A stretch of DNA of 64,000 nt from Lama guanicoe (Eukaryota), in the NCBI GenBank assembly GCA_013239625.1, contig MU054391.1, positions 5,849,824 through 5,913,823 on the forward strand. Direction: 5' to 3'. Made by a program: the position numbers and the translations under genes. Below are positions 39,075-53,179 of this stretch, piece by piece (position 1 is the stretch's first letter; every line of letters begins with the position of its first letter). The notes beneath the pieces are model-generated. The model ran no database searches, was not told where the DNA came from, and saw only the letters and a list, made by a program, of their open reading frames with translations.

Positions 39075-39270
39075 TAAAAGTTAGGATAGTGAGGTGTTAT
39101 CTACATACAGTAAAAATTCGCCACTTTGAGCTATACAGTTCTGAGTTTTGACAAATGCATACAGTCGTGTAATCACACCATAATCAAGATATAAAACATT
39201 TCTGTAACCCAAAAACACTCCCTGTCATTTTCTCACCTTCCACCTGCTCTTGGTGACCACTGTTCTGGTT
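39075..39270 (-). mobile_element. L1ME-type 3' end (antisense)
   Basis: tacatacagtaaaa...tatacagttctgagttttgacaaatgcatacagtcgtgtaatcacaccataatcaagatat. Confidence 0.7.
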
Positions 39271-41484
39271 TTAGAACTTTCGAAAAGACAGCATTTCCAA
39301 TGTAGAAGGACCCTGGCCCTGGAGTAAGGCTGGCCCTAGACCTGTTCACACAAAGCCTAAAAACAGGTCTTGATGGGATAAAACTACTGTGAAAAAGGAA
39401 AAATGCAGCTAGTTGTCAAAACAAAAGTCGGTAATCTTTAGAGGAAGACAACATGGTTCAAACTCTCAGGAATGCAGTGAACAATGTCGAACATCCAGCC
39501 AAAAATGACTGGACATGTGATAAGTCAGGGAAACGTGAGTCATAACCAGAAGAGTTAGACAGCGAGGAGTCCTGGTGAATTCGTGGAGCAAAGAGGGGAT
39601 ACTCTTTTCCTTTATGTACTTTCCCCATGATAGATGGTATAGCTGCCATTGAAAAATGTTCACGTTACAAAGGAGTCCTTGAAAGCAAAACAAAGAGAAC
39701 CACAGGCATATGAGCCACAACCAGAACCCAAGTAGATCAAGATGGCCACTAAGTGCACGGTGTGGACAGGCCCGGAGCCAGGCACTGATACCCAGTGATG
39801 TGGGCTACACAGCCGCACCACTGAGAAGCTCAGCTTAGATGAGGACAGATGTGAGCACAGCGCAGATGGGAGATGTCGTGAGAGAGGCACAACCCATGCT
39901 CTGGGGGCCAGAGGGTGAGAGACCACATCTACCCGCGGGAATTATGAAGGCTTCATGGAGGAAATTCCTTTTGAATTGAGCTTTAAAAGACGGTTGGATG
40001 TCAATTACATCTCAATGAAACTGGGAAAAAATAATTAAACTTAAAAAAAATAGACAGAAAATAGTTTTTTAAATCACCCATAAACTCATCCCATTACCCA
40101 AATGTGATTGCTGTCAGTGTTGTGGTAAATTTCTTCTTTTTGTATTCTCTTTTCATTTTCTCCTAAATGTAGCTCAAACCCTGGCTCTTCAATTCTGTTC
40201 TGCATTTTTCAGTTAATGTAACTTCAAAAAGCATTTTCTGAAAATTCTTTGTCACATCCAGTTTTGATGGATGTGAAATATTTATTAAGTATCTATGACA
40301 TGGTCCAATTAACCAGTTTTCTGTAAAATATTTAGGTTACTTTCAAGTTCTACTTAATGCTGCAATAAGTATTTTGTTCTCCCCTGTTTCTGATTAGTCC
40401 CTCAAGTTAGATTCCCAGGAGTGGAATGATTGGCTCAAAAGATATAAACATTTACAGATTCCTGAGGCATATCACCAAATGACTTTTCTCGTTCCATACT
40501 TACTCTCAAGTTGTAATATGTGTTTTCATGCCTTCTCCCCCATGATTTGGGTCCTATCCACCTTCCTGTCCTCAGTGCCCAGCACAGGGCAGTTACCCAG
40601 TTACCCCTGTTGCATCCATTGTGACCACACTTTCGTAAAAAAGGATTATCCAGAGTCAGGGACAAAAGCCCAAGAGACTCTCCAGGAGCCAAGACTTGGC
40701 CAAGTATAGGTGCACATATGGCTCCAACACCTGGCGTGGAGATGGGACGGCTCTCAGAGACCCGTAAGTTCAATTTCTCATTTGAAGGTTAGGGAACCTG
40801 AGATCCAGGTGGGGCGGGTGGCTTTCCAAGGACGCAGTGCCTGTCTCTCGGGATTACGGCCCCTGGGGGTCTGGATGGCTGAGCCAGGATGCTGAGGCGC
40901 TGGGCCCCCAGCAGACCCACACAGTCAGGGACCTCACTCCACTCCACTCACTGCTGTGCTGTGACCACAGCAAAGCGGACACATTAGCTAGAGGCCAACC
41001 CCTTCTGAGCAAACAGTCCAAGAACAGGAGGTGGGAACCCGATGTTTGACTTGGGGGAAGTGGAGTTCGCTCTCCCTCTCTGCCATGAGAATTTCCCCTT
41101 CCTCTAAACCAGGGAAGACCCTCAGGATGGCTGTCACCCCTTCAGAGAGCCAGCGTCCCAGAACCACAGCACCTAATGGGCACCTGGAGCAGGAACTTCT
41201 TCCGCAACCTCCCAGACCAGCAGGTGCCAGCTTCAGCTTCGGAGAAGCTGAGACCAGGAGCAAGTGTCTGAACCTTTCTGAGCTGCAGCTCTGTCATCTG
41301 TAAGCAGGGGCTGGTCCCACCAGTCTTCCAGGGCTACTGTGAGCATCCAGTGAGGTGACGGGTGCAACGCCCTCATACCTTGTGCTGTGGAGCAAGGTCA
41401 TTCAGGACACCGGCTGGTGCTGCGAGGTGTAGTGTTTAGAAACCCTATTCCCCCTCGTGGCTGAGGTCTGCTTTTCTCATCTCC

Positions 41485-41882
41485 TGTGGTTGGCTGTTAC
41501 ATTGGGGGCCCCCAGGGAACCACACCTCCTGTGTCCATGATCTTCTGGGTCCTCTCCCACACCAAATGTGGACAGCCCTTGTGGCTTGCTTGGCCAACAG
41601 AATGTGCTGGAAGTGATGCTGTGCCAGTCCCAGGCCTAGACCTCAAGAGACCTGGCAGGCTCTGCTTTCCTGCCGTCCTGGAACCTGGCCACCATGCTGG
41701 AAGGAAGTCAGGCTATCCTGCCGGAGAGGAAGGCCTGAGCACAGCTGCCAGAGTGACCTCAGCCAACACCACATGAAGCAGAGCAGCCACCTCCTCAACC
41801 CACAGAATCATGAGAAGTAATAAATCACTGTCATTTTAAGTCACTACGTTTGGGGAGATGGTCACTCAATAATAGATAACTA
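41485..41882 (+). mobile_element. MLT1-family (MaLR) LTR
   Basis: tgtggttggc...ttggccaacagaatgtgctggaagtgatgctgtgccag...ccacagaatcatgagaagtaataaat...tttaagtcactacgtttggg...aatagataact. Confidence 0.75.
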
Positions 41883-42712
41883 ACCCCCCTGCCCCCGCAC
41901 GCCAGCCTTCCCCAGGTCTCTCCAGTGATGGGCTGGTAAGTGTTTAACAAGCAGCTCTCTGGGCGAGGGTGGGGCTGATCTGCACTGTTTTAACGTGTGC
42001 ACAGTCAGCGGTGTGAGCAGGCCCCAGAACCCCACAGCTCTCCTCCCCAGCACGTGACATTCTGCAGAGATCCGAGGTGAATGACCTCCAGGCAGGTGAC
42101 CTGTGGGACTAGAAGCATTTTTTTCCATAGGCACTAACCTTCAGGGCAGCAGGTGGGAGGAAAGAACTTGAAGTCACACACTCCACCTGCCTCCTCCACC
42201 TGCCACCCCCTGCCTCCTCCACCCGCCTCCTCTGCTCTTCCTTTGCGGTGTGGAAGCAGGGCCCTCAGCTCAAGGACTGGAGCTGCTCTTCTCCTGTCTG
42301 GGCGGGAGAAGACCAGGGAAGGCGGCAGCCAGGCTGTGTGTACCAGGCTAAGGCATTGCCCTTAAGGCCATGGGGCAAGGGCTGGTTGGAGGAGACAGGA
42401 TCTGAGCACCACCCATTAGCTCAGCCCCTGGGCTAGATGGGGAGTCCTTCATCCGAGTCCTGAGCCATGGAGGAGCAAAGAGCACGCATTGTATGAAGCC
42501 CTGGGGACTAGAGAGCCCACTCTGCAGCTCCAGACCACCCCTCCACCACACACAGACAGGGCAGCCAAAAGGGGAGGGGCCAGAGCAGCGAGGGCAGAAC
42601 CAGGGCAATGGTCTGGGTGAGGCTGATGATGCCTCAAAGCCATGGTCACCAAGGTTGAGACTCTGCTCCTTGCCCCTCGCCACCAGGACCTCAGCGGCCC
42701 TTGGCCCCTGGG

Positions 42713-43535
42713 TGTGATGGTGAGTTTTACGTGTCAGCTTGGCCAGGCTCTCATCACCAGGTATTCAATCAACAATGATCCAAGAAGTTGCTGTGAAGGG
42801 ACTTTGTCCACATGGTTAATGTCTGCAGTTAGGTGACACTAAGTAAAGGAGATCACCCTCAGTAATGTGGGTGGGTCTCATCCAACCAGTGAAAGGCCCT
42901 TAGAGCAGAGCTGAAATCTCCTTGAAGAAGAAACTCCGCCTGTGGCTGGAGCCGCAGTCCTGCCTGAGAGGGTCCCGCCTGCCACCTGCCCTGTGGACTT
43001 CTGACTCGCCTAACCAGCACCCCCAACTGTGCAAGTCAATTCCTTGTAATAAATAGCTCCCTAGATATTTATCTTTAAATATTATTTATATAACAAATAT
43101 TATAATGTAATAAGTAAATGTTATTTATATATTTTAATATTCTTTCTACAATAGAGTTAATAACATTAACTGTATTATATATTAAGTATATTATATAAAT
43201 ATTATATATTAGATATTAATGTAATTAATATAGTATATAGATGTTATATAATATATTAAATACTAGATTATATAAATAGTGTGTAATAATATTAAGTATT
43301 AATATAATTAATATATTACATACATATTATGTATAAATCTCATACATATATATATCCATAAAGAGACTTATTGGCAAGATTGGACTCTGCAGTATACATA
43401 CACATGCACACATCTATGCACATCTGTGGACACACACACAGAAATACTCATCCACACACACATCTAAGTACGGCTACATATACACACACACACACATACC
43501 CTACCGGTTCTCCCTGGTGGACCCTGCCTGAGACA
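42713..43535 (+). mobile_element. MLT2-family (ERVL) LTR with an internal AT-rich/CA expansion
   Basis: tgtgatggtgagttttacgtgtcagcttggcc...aagtaaaggagatcaccctcagtaatgtgggtgggtctcatccaa...caattccttgtaataaat, resuming at cctaccggttctccctggtggaccctgcctgagaca. Confidence 0.75.
43060..43360. repeat. AT-rich low-complexity (TA/TATTA) tract
   Basis: About 300 bp of almost pure A/T, followed by degenerate (CA)n to about 43498. Confidence 0.9.
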
Positions 43536-44669
43536 CTGGGGCGCTCAGAACCCTTGCATCATGAGTGTGGCCCTCAGTATTGCAAGACCCTAGTCCCAGC
43601 CCCTCAGCTGAGGCCGGGGCGCCTCTTCCCGCTCTGGGGGTGAAGCAGGCCTCTGAGGAGCACAGCGCCAGGGACTGTCCCCACGGGTACCCGATGGGAC
43701 CTGTGGCCCCCGGGTTGTGCCGCAGACGGGGCTGTAGAACAGCTTTATCTCCACGGGCACTTTGTGACCCGAACCCTTTCTCCTCCCTTGGGGGAGGGCT
43801 TGGGCTTTTGGAATCCAGAGCTCGGGAAAGGCTCCGCGCTGCACCCGTGTGCGGCCCTACCGGGTCCTCCCCGCGGCCATCGGCCCGGAGCTGACTGGCC
43901 TCTCCCCTTGAACAGAGAGCAGGGAGGTTGAGAGGGCTGGAGGGAAGAGAGGGACATTGAGAGGGAAACCAGGTGCAAGGCTGGCCCTGCCCTAGCTCGC
44001 TGGGTGTGGACGGGTCCAGCAGAGGAGCCAGCTCTCCGAGGGGCGAGGGGCAGGGGGCAGAGGACGGCACCCAGAGAGCGTCTGGGAGGACTTGAACCTG
44101 GAGGGAAAGACGGAGGGCTTGCAGAAGTGCTGCGGGAAAGGGGCTCCGCCAGGTGCTGAGCAGGAGGATAGAAAAGCCGTGGAGATGCCCCCCCGGGCTG
44201 GGCTGGGGGCAGAGGCACTGGGGTGAAGAGGAGGGAGGTGGGTCCCTCCTTCCGGCCTGACGTTTGGTTAAGACTGAGAGTAGCTGCAGGGCGTGCATTA
44301 GCATTTCAAGAACCTCGTCAGTGACAAGACTTCTCTGAAGGACGGCCACTAAAGGCGTCTCAGGGGGTCAGCGCCCTAAAGCTTAGAAACTTAGGTTTGT
44401 GTCACTGACATCATGGGCTTGGTCGGTCTGGCTTCAGGTTCTCCAACCATAAAATGGAGGAGGTTTTATCTGCCCTGTGCACGTCCTCTCACGGGACAGC
44501 GGAAATGAGGCTGAAATGGGAGTCAGCCTCCTCTCACGCTGGTGGAAAGAATTGGAGGGGGGAGTGCATGTGCACATGTGTGTGCACACAGACACAATCA
44601 GTGTGTCAGCCTCCTCAGCGTGGGAACATACAGGAGGTGGCTTTGACATTGAGAATAGGATCCTGACAA

Positions 44670-45500
44670 CTCGACCAAAAACAAATTGGCAAGATTCAAG
44701 CAGACGCCTCACAAAAGAAGATATGCCAAGGCCAATAAACACACGAAGAGAAACTCAGGATCGCTAACATCAGGGAAACAAACATTAAAACCACAGTTAA
44801 CATGTGACTTCCGTCCCATTCGACAGCTACAGCTAACAAGTCTGACAATGTCACATGTTGGTGAACTGGCCGAGCAACTGAGGTTTTCGTACGTTGTTGG
44901 GAGCGCAAAATGGTGGAAACACTGCGGAAAAACAGCTTGGCAGATTCTGATAAAGGTAAATGGACATTTGCCATATGGCCCAGCAATTCCATTCTTAGGT
45001 ATTACCCAAGAAAAATGAGAGCATACATCCACATAAAGACTGGGATATGATCTTCCTAAAAGCTTTATTCCTAAACACCAAAACCTGGAAACAACCCAAA
45101 TGTGAATGGATCAATAAAATGTGGGACAGCCATACAATGGTACACCATTCAGCAAAAAACCAAAAAGGCCAAACTACTGATACATTCACCCACATGGTGA
45201 ATATCAGAAATACTGTGCTCAGCGAAAGGAACTGCACATGAAAGAGTACATCTCATGTGGTTCCATGTACATGAACTCCCACAGTGGCAAAAGGCAGACC
45301 AGTGGTTGCCAGCGGCCCAGACAGGGAGGAATTCCCTGCAAAGGAGCACAGGAAAGCTTGGGAGTGATGAAGTGTCTTGTGTCTTGAATACGGTGATGGG
45401 TTCACGGTATTTACATTCATCACTATTCATGAGTTGTACGCTTTAAGTGGATGTAGCTCATCGAGCAGAAATTATATCTTAAAGCTGGTTTCTAAAAAAA
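44670..45500 (+). mobile_element. Old L1M ORF2 end / 3'UTR
   Basis: ORF fragments LPYGPAIPFLGI and KTWKQPKCEWINKMW are L1 ORF2p C-terminal remnants. Confidence 0.8.
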
Positions 45501-46369
45501 TTGCTGAAGAGCATGGTCCCAAGCCTCCACTCACTTCCCGAATGGGAATGCCAGCCTTTCCCACAGTGTGCTGGCGGCTTCCCAGGGTGAAGGAGGTCCA
45601 GCCTCCTAGTCACTTGTCAGCGGTCTCTCGGGAAGTTCCTCAGAGAAGGTTCCGGGCTCAACTCCCCTTGCCCTGAGCTGGACCACAGCGGTAGATACTT
45701 GGGACATTAAAGAGCTTTAATTCTGGGACACTTTTTCAGTTACAAGGGTCAGAAATCCTTCTCAACTAAAGGGGAAAAAAAAAAAGAGACAGAATTTACC
45801 TGCTCACACAGTTAGGAAGTCTGCTGACATCCAGGCTTCAGTGAGTCATTAGGGCACTAATTATACCTGCTCTGCTCCTCTGTTTTGGCCTCGGTCTCTC
45901 CTGGTGCTGAAAGGCTCCCAACACGGGGACAGACCCATGGCCCTGGCACATCCTCACAGCAGCCCTGGAAAGGAAGAGACTGTCATTCTGGCCAGCCCCA
46001 GTGCAAGTCCTGGAAGAAGCCCCATTGGTCTGCCCATGTCACATGCTCCCCTTTAACCAACTCCTGTGACCCGAAGAATGCAGAATTATGACTGGCTGAT
46101 GTGGGCCCCTTGCTGGGAGAGGGGCTGGTTAGATCTTGGTCACATTTTTCTAATGAGGCCTTTTGGCACTCAGGTAAATTCCTGGAGAGGAATTGATGTG
46201 TGAGAGAAGAGTTTTGTGCAACTTCATTGCAGCCTCTAAACTCCCCAGGATACTTGAAGGGGAGGGAGGAGCGCTCCAGGCCCCCACCCAGCTATGCGTG
46301 TAGGTTTGTATATGAGATCTCCTTTCTAGGTTTTGAGAGATAGTGAAGAGTGCGAATACAAGGAAACAG

Positions 46370-46917
46370 AAGGTGGCCCGGAAGATGGCCTGATGATCTC
46401 CCACCCTGGTGTTATGCCCCGTATGAGCTGCTCCCCTTGAGTGTGGATGGCACCTGTGTCTTGCTTCTAGCCAGCGGGTTATACCAAAGGTGAGGCCCCT
46501 CCCATGACCACATTGTGTCATATAAGACTCTGCCTTGGCTGACTGGCGAGCGCATCTCTCCTGCTGGCATGGAGGAAATGGGCTGCCACGTTGTGCTGTC
46601 TAAGGAGAGGGCCTGTGGCAAGGAAACGTGGCCTCCAGCTGACAGCCAGTGAGCGGTCGGGCCCTTGGTCACGGAGCCCCATGGGAAGGAATTCTGCCAA
46701 CAACCTGAGATCACAGAAGCAGATTCTTCCCCACTAGAGCCTCCACATAAGAGCACAGCCCAAATGCTGCCTGGTCTGCAGATTCATGAGACCCAGACCC
46801 AGCTAAGCCAAGTCCAGACTCCTCTTTTCATATCTCATGGAAACTGAGATAATAAATGTATGTTGGTTTAAGCCTCTAAGTTTGTGGTAATTTGTTACAC
46901 AGCAGAGAAAGCTGACA
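46370..46917 (+). mobile_element. MLT1E/F-like MaLR LTR
   Basis: ctccccttgagtgtggatggcacctgtg...aattctgccaacaacctga...gaaactgagataataaatgtatgttggtttaagcctctaagtttgtggtaatttgttacacagc. Confidence 0.8.
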
Positions 46918-47262
46918 TCCCCATTTTTTTCTCTGCAGCAGGGAATGACTGCAGCTGCCTACACACTGGTCTCCAAGCCCTCAGCCTTACAGCTGCCAAC
47001 CTGCTGTCGTGGTCAGAGGCAATGTGACTGCCCGTTCCCCTAGATCCTATCAACGCTTATTCTGGATTCTCAGAATAAAATGCATACCCTTTAGCATGGC
47101 CCGCAAGGCCCTTGATAATCTAGCCTTGCAAATAGGTCTTGGCCCCACCTCCCACTTATCTGTGTGTGGAAACAGAGACCGGTTGTCCACACCCCCTCAT
47201 GCTCCAGGCTTTCATGATCCATGCATTTTCTTCCGGATCTCTGCACCACCCCAACCATATCA

Positions 47263-47309
47263 ACACACACACACACACACACACTCTCTCTCTCTCTCTC
47301 TCTCTCTCT
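47263..47309. repeat. Compound microsatellite (AC)n(TC)n
   Basis: Read directly from the sequence. Confidence 0.95.
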
Positions 47310-50300
47310 TTTTCTCTTCCTTTTTTCCTTTCTTCCTTGAAGCTCAGCCCAAACATGGCCAAGAGGCAGGGTTCTGACCCTCAGATGAAGTGCCTGTCTG
47401 CCCAGGGCCCCCTCCTCCCCATGCAGTCCCTCTGGCCCGGTGCCTAGTGCGAGGTCAACTGTCCTTCCCCAGACTGTGTCCTCTGGGAGGACAGCAAAAG
47501 CTCACTGTGTCCACAGTCCTGGGACCAGCTCTGTCAGCAGGGGTTTGTTGAAAGGAATTAATGAATAACATGTCCACTTTCTGGATGGGGATGGGGTCAT
47601 TCAACCCTTTCATGTCCTCTAAATGAGGAGTGGGATCTACACTTGAATGGGACAATCTTGGGAACAAATTCTCCCCAACCCCACTCTCTGATCCAGACAG
47701 CCAGGGCATCTGGAGTCCAACAGTCATTTGCTGTAATCCAGAGAGGCTCGTTGGGCTATTTTATCTGCATCTCTGTCAGTCCACTGCCACCATACTAATA
47801 CCCCACAAGGGGAAACTGAGGCTGAGACAGAAATGAGCCTGCCTGACCATGACCACTGCCCCCCTCCCCAGTGGCCACTGAGGCCATCAGCCTAGGTGTG
47901 TCTCTCTGCAGGGGCAACAGGCTAGGCCCACCCCCAGGGTGGGAGCTTCCTGCGTGTGGGTACCAGACAAAGCCCTCCTCGGTGGGCCCTGTGGGACAAG
48001 GACCTTCCAGAACTCCTACCCAACTGCCTCCACCCAGAGGAATGCGCTGGGCCTGCGGACGCTCCCTTCCTTCTCCGCCCAGAGCTTTATGAACAGAGCC
48101 AGGAAACGAGAGGGTTGGGAACTTGAATGGTCTCCAAGCTCTGCTCTGAAACGGCTGAGCAGCGAAGTGTGAGTGTGTGTCTGAAAATGCTCCAGGGCCT
48201 GGCTGCATGCCGGGGTGCTCTCCAAGAGCGCCCTGGGACCACACCAGCTGAGGCTGGCCTGCCAGCCTGGGGCTGCAAATTCAGCAGCATCGCTTCCTAC
48301 ACCAGAGTTCCGGAGGTGCCTCCCCGTGCCCCCGACCTCCAGCCCCTGCCCCCGTCAAGGTTTCTCGGGGTCCCACATCTGGGGTGATGGATGTGATCCC
48401 AGTGTGACGTTCCCAGCTGTCCCCTTCTCCCTCGGGCATAGAATAAAAAGCACCCCCATGCTGACATCACACACAAACTGCTTCTGACATGAAAGAAAGG
48501 TTGGGCCCAGCCAAGCCACAATCTACCTGCTCTGGGTGGGGATAACTTGATTGCCTCTCACGGTCATCTTTTGGGGATCATCACCTCTAATTCTTAAAAC
48601 AGCTCAGCTAGGGACGTATTTATTCCTCCCATTTTAGAGCTGTAGAGGCTGATCTCCCATGGAGATAAATGGTCCCTGCCTGGGTGATCACAAGGAGGTA
48701 ACGAAGGAAAAGGTGCTTTGTGAATATGTGTGCAAGAGATTGTCACCACGGCCCATGTGTGCCAGCTCTTAACTCAGGTGGCCCAAGATCTAGGGTCAGG
48801 CCTTGACGGCAGACAAATCAGAGGTCAAAGGTTCCCACCCGGCGGGGAGTCAGGCCTCCCTGGATCTGTAATCGCTGCCTAGGCCAGGGGCCCCGCTACT
48901 GGGAAGCTGTCTTTCCACAGGGGTGAGGGGCCACTTTACCTAAGAGCCACCATAACTTCTCAAGCCTCCTCTTGAGCCCAAATGCTGGGGTATCCAGGTG
49001 CCTGGAGAGCTCGAGGCCTCAGGAAGCCCCCGTAAACAAGCCCAGGAGGAGGAAGCGAGTGGCCGGACGAGCTGCATGTAGTCCGGAAGTGGGAGTGTGA
49101 GGAGGCCCTGGAGGGAGGCTGGCGTGATGAGTTAGGATTTCCTGCTGAGGCCTCACTTCCCTGAGGTTAACCCCTGCGTGGGCCTGTCAAAGCGGCTTCC
49201 CAGTGCCAGAGAGGATGGGAGACCTACGCTGCTGATGAATATGGACAAGAAAAGACAATGAGCATTCACTGAAGAAAAGGAATTAGGGTATCCCTCCCCG
49301 GGCCCTTGGCCAGCCCGTGAGGCTGCCATCTCAGTAGATCCTTGATGTGGAGCCATGACCTTCAGAATGATCCCCTGGCAGGCTCTGCGCTTACTGGGTT
49401 GGTGTACATGCTGGAATAGTGGGGTACCAAGCTAAGCCTGCATCATGAGGACTTGTACCTGGATTTTGGGCAGAGAGCATGGCCAACCTAGGCAAGAGCT
49501 AAGGAAGTTCCTGGTGAGGAGACGGCTGCTCCGTGGGAGAATGGGCTGCCAAGTGCAGTAATGCAGTCTGGAGGCACCGTGGGGTCCTGGCAGGAACTGC
49601 CCAAGGCTGTGGAGACAGTGTGGCCCTGAGCTCCCAGAATCTCAAGACTGGGGCCCTGGCAGCCAGTGCACCCTTGGCAGGAGTCACTCCACACCCGTGG
49701 TGGATCTCTGCCTTGCCTGGCTTGGGTGCATCTCAAGTTGGGGAGCTCACTCCTTGGAGGACAGTCTCTGTATATATTACAACCCTGATACATTTTCTAC
49801 TCAGTGCTGGTACAGAGGGAAAAAAGTGTGGCCCGCCCCAGAGCCGGCTGCGGAGCTATTCCTGGAGGAGAATCACCTGCATGTGGGCCACTAGTTGTAG
49901 AGACAGAGACCCCAGGACCTGGATACCATGAGGTCAGAGTGGGACAGAGGTAACTTAGTCCCCACTCAGGGGCAGAGGGAGCCGGGGAGGAGGGAAGTGG
50001 GGGGCACTGCTCGGAGAACAATTCCTGGAGGACAGAAAACTCCGGCTTTTAGGACAGGAATGTTCTGTTTCATGTTGCTATCACTTATACCGCCTCCTTC
50101 AGTGTGGCTTTCAGTCAAGGTGTCCACACACTTGGCCGTGAAGGAGTGGGGCTCGTCCAAGGGGAGTCCATGCTGAGGAGGTGAGGAGAGGAGGAGAAAT
50201 CGGCACAAGGAGGTCTGGGAGCTGGCGGTGACGGGGGAATATGTCCTTCCCTAAGGGGAATCCCTGATGATACCGGGAAGGATGCAGATTTCCAGTTGGA

Positions 50301-50739
50301 TGAGGGCAGCACATGAATGCTTGAAGCTATTTTATTTAAGTCATAAGGGACAGGAGGGCTCAATGGGCTGAGGGACTTGGGAACAGCCGTGGACATTACT
50401 GTGGCTGGAGAGGTTTGTTGCTTGGGCAAATCAGGCATGTGGTTTCCCTGAGAGTCAGGGTATCGGCTCTGCCTGGTGCAACGCGTCCCCATTCCTGGAA
50501 ACCCAGCTCCTCAGCATGGCTTGACAGAACCTTCCCCGTAGCAAACCCTCCTCCAGGCTCCCCGGACTCCCTCTGACTCAGATGCAGCCACACTCACGGT
50601 CTTCCCAAACTCCACGCCTTCCCCCCAGCCCACTCGGTCTGCGTCACTGCTCCCTCATCCACGTGCGCACGGGTGCCCGCACACACATGCTACCTGGAAA
50701 ACCTGCTCTGTCCACCCCTTACAGTGAGCTATTAAAATT

Positions 50740-51480
50740 TTTCTTTTTACTTTGTAATAATTTTAGATTCACTAGCAGTTGCAGGAGATTCAACCAAGGA
50801 GCTGCAGATAGTACAGAGAGTTCTGGCTTACCCTCCACCCAGCTTCCTCCAAGCTGAACCTCTTACATAACCACGGTCCTTCTGTCAAAACTTAGACATC
50901 AACATGGGGACAATACTACAGACGCAACTGCAGACTTTAATCAGATTTCACTGGTTTTGCCACAAATGCTCTTCCAGTACTTCCAGATCCCATCCCGGGT
51001 TCCACAGTGCATTTAGCCTTCATGCTCCTTTGTCTCCTCACATCTGTGATTCCCTACTCTCTCCTCGATTGTCACGACCTTGACCCCTTTGAGAAGTCCT
51101 GGGGAGGCGTTTTGTAGAGTGTCCTTCGATTTGCATCTGTCCGACGCTGCTCATGGTTAGGCTGGGGTTATGGAATCAAGGAGAGAAGACACAGAGGGGA
51201 AGGGGCCCCTTCGCCTCACCCACCCCATCTCACTGTCCATACCCCTTACCACTGGCGAGTTAGCCCCTGCCACCTGATGGTGTCTGCAAGCTTTCTCCAG
51301 CATGAAGATACTCTTTTCCCTTCCCAGATTTTGTCAGAAGTGAGTCACCACGTCCAGTTCACACTTAGCGGGTGAAGACTTAGGCTCCACTCCCTGGAGC
51401 GGATATCTCTATATATTATTTGGAATTCCTCCTGGGGGAGAATTGTCTCTTCTCTCCCATTTGCTTATTTACAATGCATT
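50740..51480 (-). mobile_element. L1MC-type 3' fragment (antisense)
   Basis: aataattttagattcac...agatagtacagagagttct...ccacccagcttcctcc...tcttacataaccacgg...tgcatttagccttcatg. Confidence 0.7.
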
Positions 51481-51699
51481 CTAATTATCTCCTCTTTAAG
51501 ACCCTCCTCGACTCTCCTTCATCCAGCTTAGCAGCTAAGTGGCTAAGACAGCTCCCCCAGCCCCGGTATTTCCACTAGCCAGCAGTGCTTTCCTCTTTTG
51601 TTGCATTTATCAAACTATACAAACTATATCATTATCATTACTTTCCTTGAGAGCCTCCCTATCACAGGAGAGCTTCTTTAGTCATCATTTATGAGTAGT

Positions 51700-51865
51700 G
51701 ATGAGGCAGGCACCTTGGCCAGGTATTCGTATGAGCATCACTTCATTTAACTCCCATGACATTCCTAGAAGTAGTTCTTTTTACCATGTGAATTTTACAG
51801 GAAAGGAAACTGGGACTCAGAGAGGTTAAGCAACCTGTCCAAGGTCACACAGGTAGTGAGCAAAG
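51700..51865 (-). mobile_element. MIR SINE
   Basis: attttacaggaaaggaaactgggactcagagaggttaagcaacctgtccaaggtcacacaggtagtgag. Confidence 0.75.
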
Positions 51866-53179
51866 TCCACAAGGGCAGGAACTGTGTCACAGCCCTCTCT
51901 CCCTGGTGGCTGGCAGAGCAGCAGGTTTCATCATGAACTTGCTTGCATTGCAACAGAAACAGCAAAACCTGGGCTATTGTTGTCCATATCTGCCTCAGGG
52001 AGCTAAGCACAGGGGTCAACTCCTCCTGCCTTCCTGCCCCCAGTCTCTGCGAGGCTCCCACAGTGGCTGACACCAGCAGAGGCATCGTGCCTGGGGACGA
52101 GGCTCCCAACTCCCGGTGTCCCTGCGGAGGGAGAGAGGAGGGAGGGAGCAAGGCAGTGAAGGCGATTCCTAAATTGGGAGCCCTGAGCAGTTACATCTCT
52201 CAGAGACTACACTAGGGTGGCAGCCCACAGATGACCCAAGGGATCCAGCAGGGATCTGTGAGTCACACAGAGCCAGAAAGGTGTCTGGGAACGGGCTCTG
52301 GACAAATCAGAGCATAGGGCATTTTCTAAACTCCTCCTGGCTAAGTGGTTTATTCATTCTTTGGCCCTATCAACATGGGCCTGCTCTGAGGTCAGAGCTC
52401 GCAGTTCCAGGTAAAGACAGGTGGGAAGTGGTAAACAGAACAAATGTGACTGAAGAGAGGCCACGTGGGGACACTGAGGAGGGAGGGGCACTGATTGCAC
52501 CTGGGGGGGGGTGCTTCATGGGGAAGACAAGAGGCTTCGAGGAAGGGGGGGGACCCACAGACAGCAGGAGCCACTGCCCAGGAGTCCCCTGGGGCCCGGG
52601 AAGCAGCTGGACCAGGGAAGCTGGGTGACTCCCTCTGGTTCAGGGGGCTGGCCAGCTTGGGAGCACAGGGGCGATGCAGCCCACCGGAGGTGCAGCCTGG
52701 CGTTCCCCAGAGGGCAGGAGTGAGGAATAGGCACCCCGCAGGTCCCAGCTCAGGCCCTGCAGGGCCCATGCAAGTCCCCCCGTGAGATGCGTCTCCACTG
52801 GTCATTCTGCCAGCACTTTGAGCAGCCACGCTGCTGGCCCTGCTGACTGTTTGGGCTGGTGCCAGCACCACACTGGGTCACTGGGGAAGCCAGGCTGGCA
52901 GCATGTCCAGGGACAGGCAGTCAGCCAGGCAGACAGCCTGGGTGACCCCAGGGATCCTTGGAAGCCTGCCCGCCCAGGCCGGGAGGTACTTTGTGTTGTT
53001 GTCATGGCCCACACTGGCCTCCGTGGGCTTTCTCCTAGGGATGTTCTCAGGACAGTGGTATCCGTCCAGGGGGCCTAGGATGGTGGCAGGCACCAAGCTG
53101 GGAGTCAGCCTGGAGGCAAGGATTCTAGTTGTTCCCCTTCTCTGGGTCTGTTTCTCTTCCCACAAAATGACAGGTTGGA

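Noticed and set aside
42180..42236. Degenerate CCTCCACCTGC tandem
   Set aside because: Short low-complexity slippage repeat with no further supporting feature
43501..44349. 282-aa minus-strand ORF
   Set aside because: Pro/Ser/Leu-rich low-complexity translation typical of GC-rich non-coding DNA; no recognisable domain or splice structure
18669..47184. GRHL-like motifs (AACCTGTT 18669, AACCAGTT 40311, TACCGGTT 43502, GACCGGTT 47177) as autoregulatory sites
   Set aside because: Degenerate 8-mers at about chance frequency in 64 kb; no clustering
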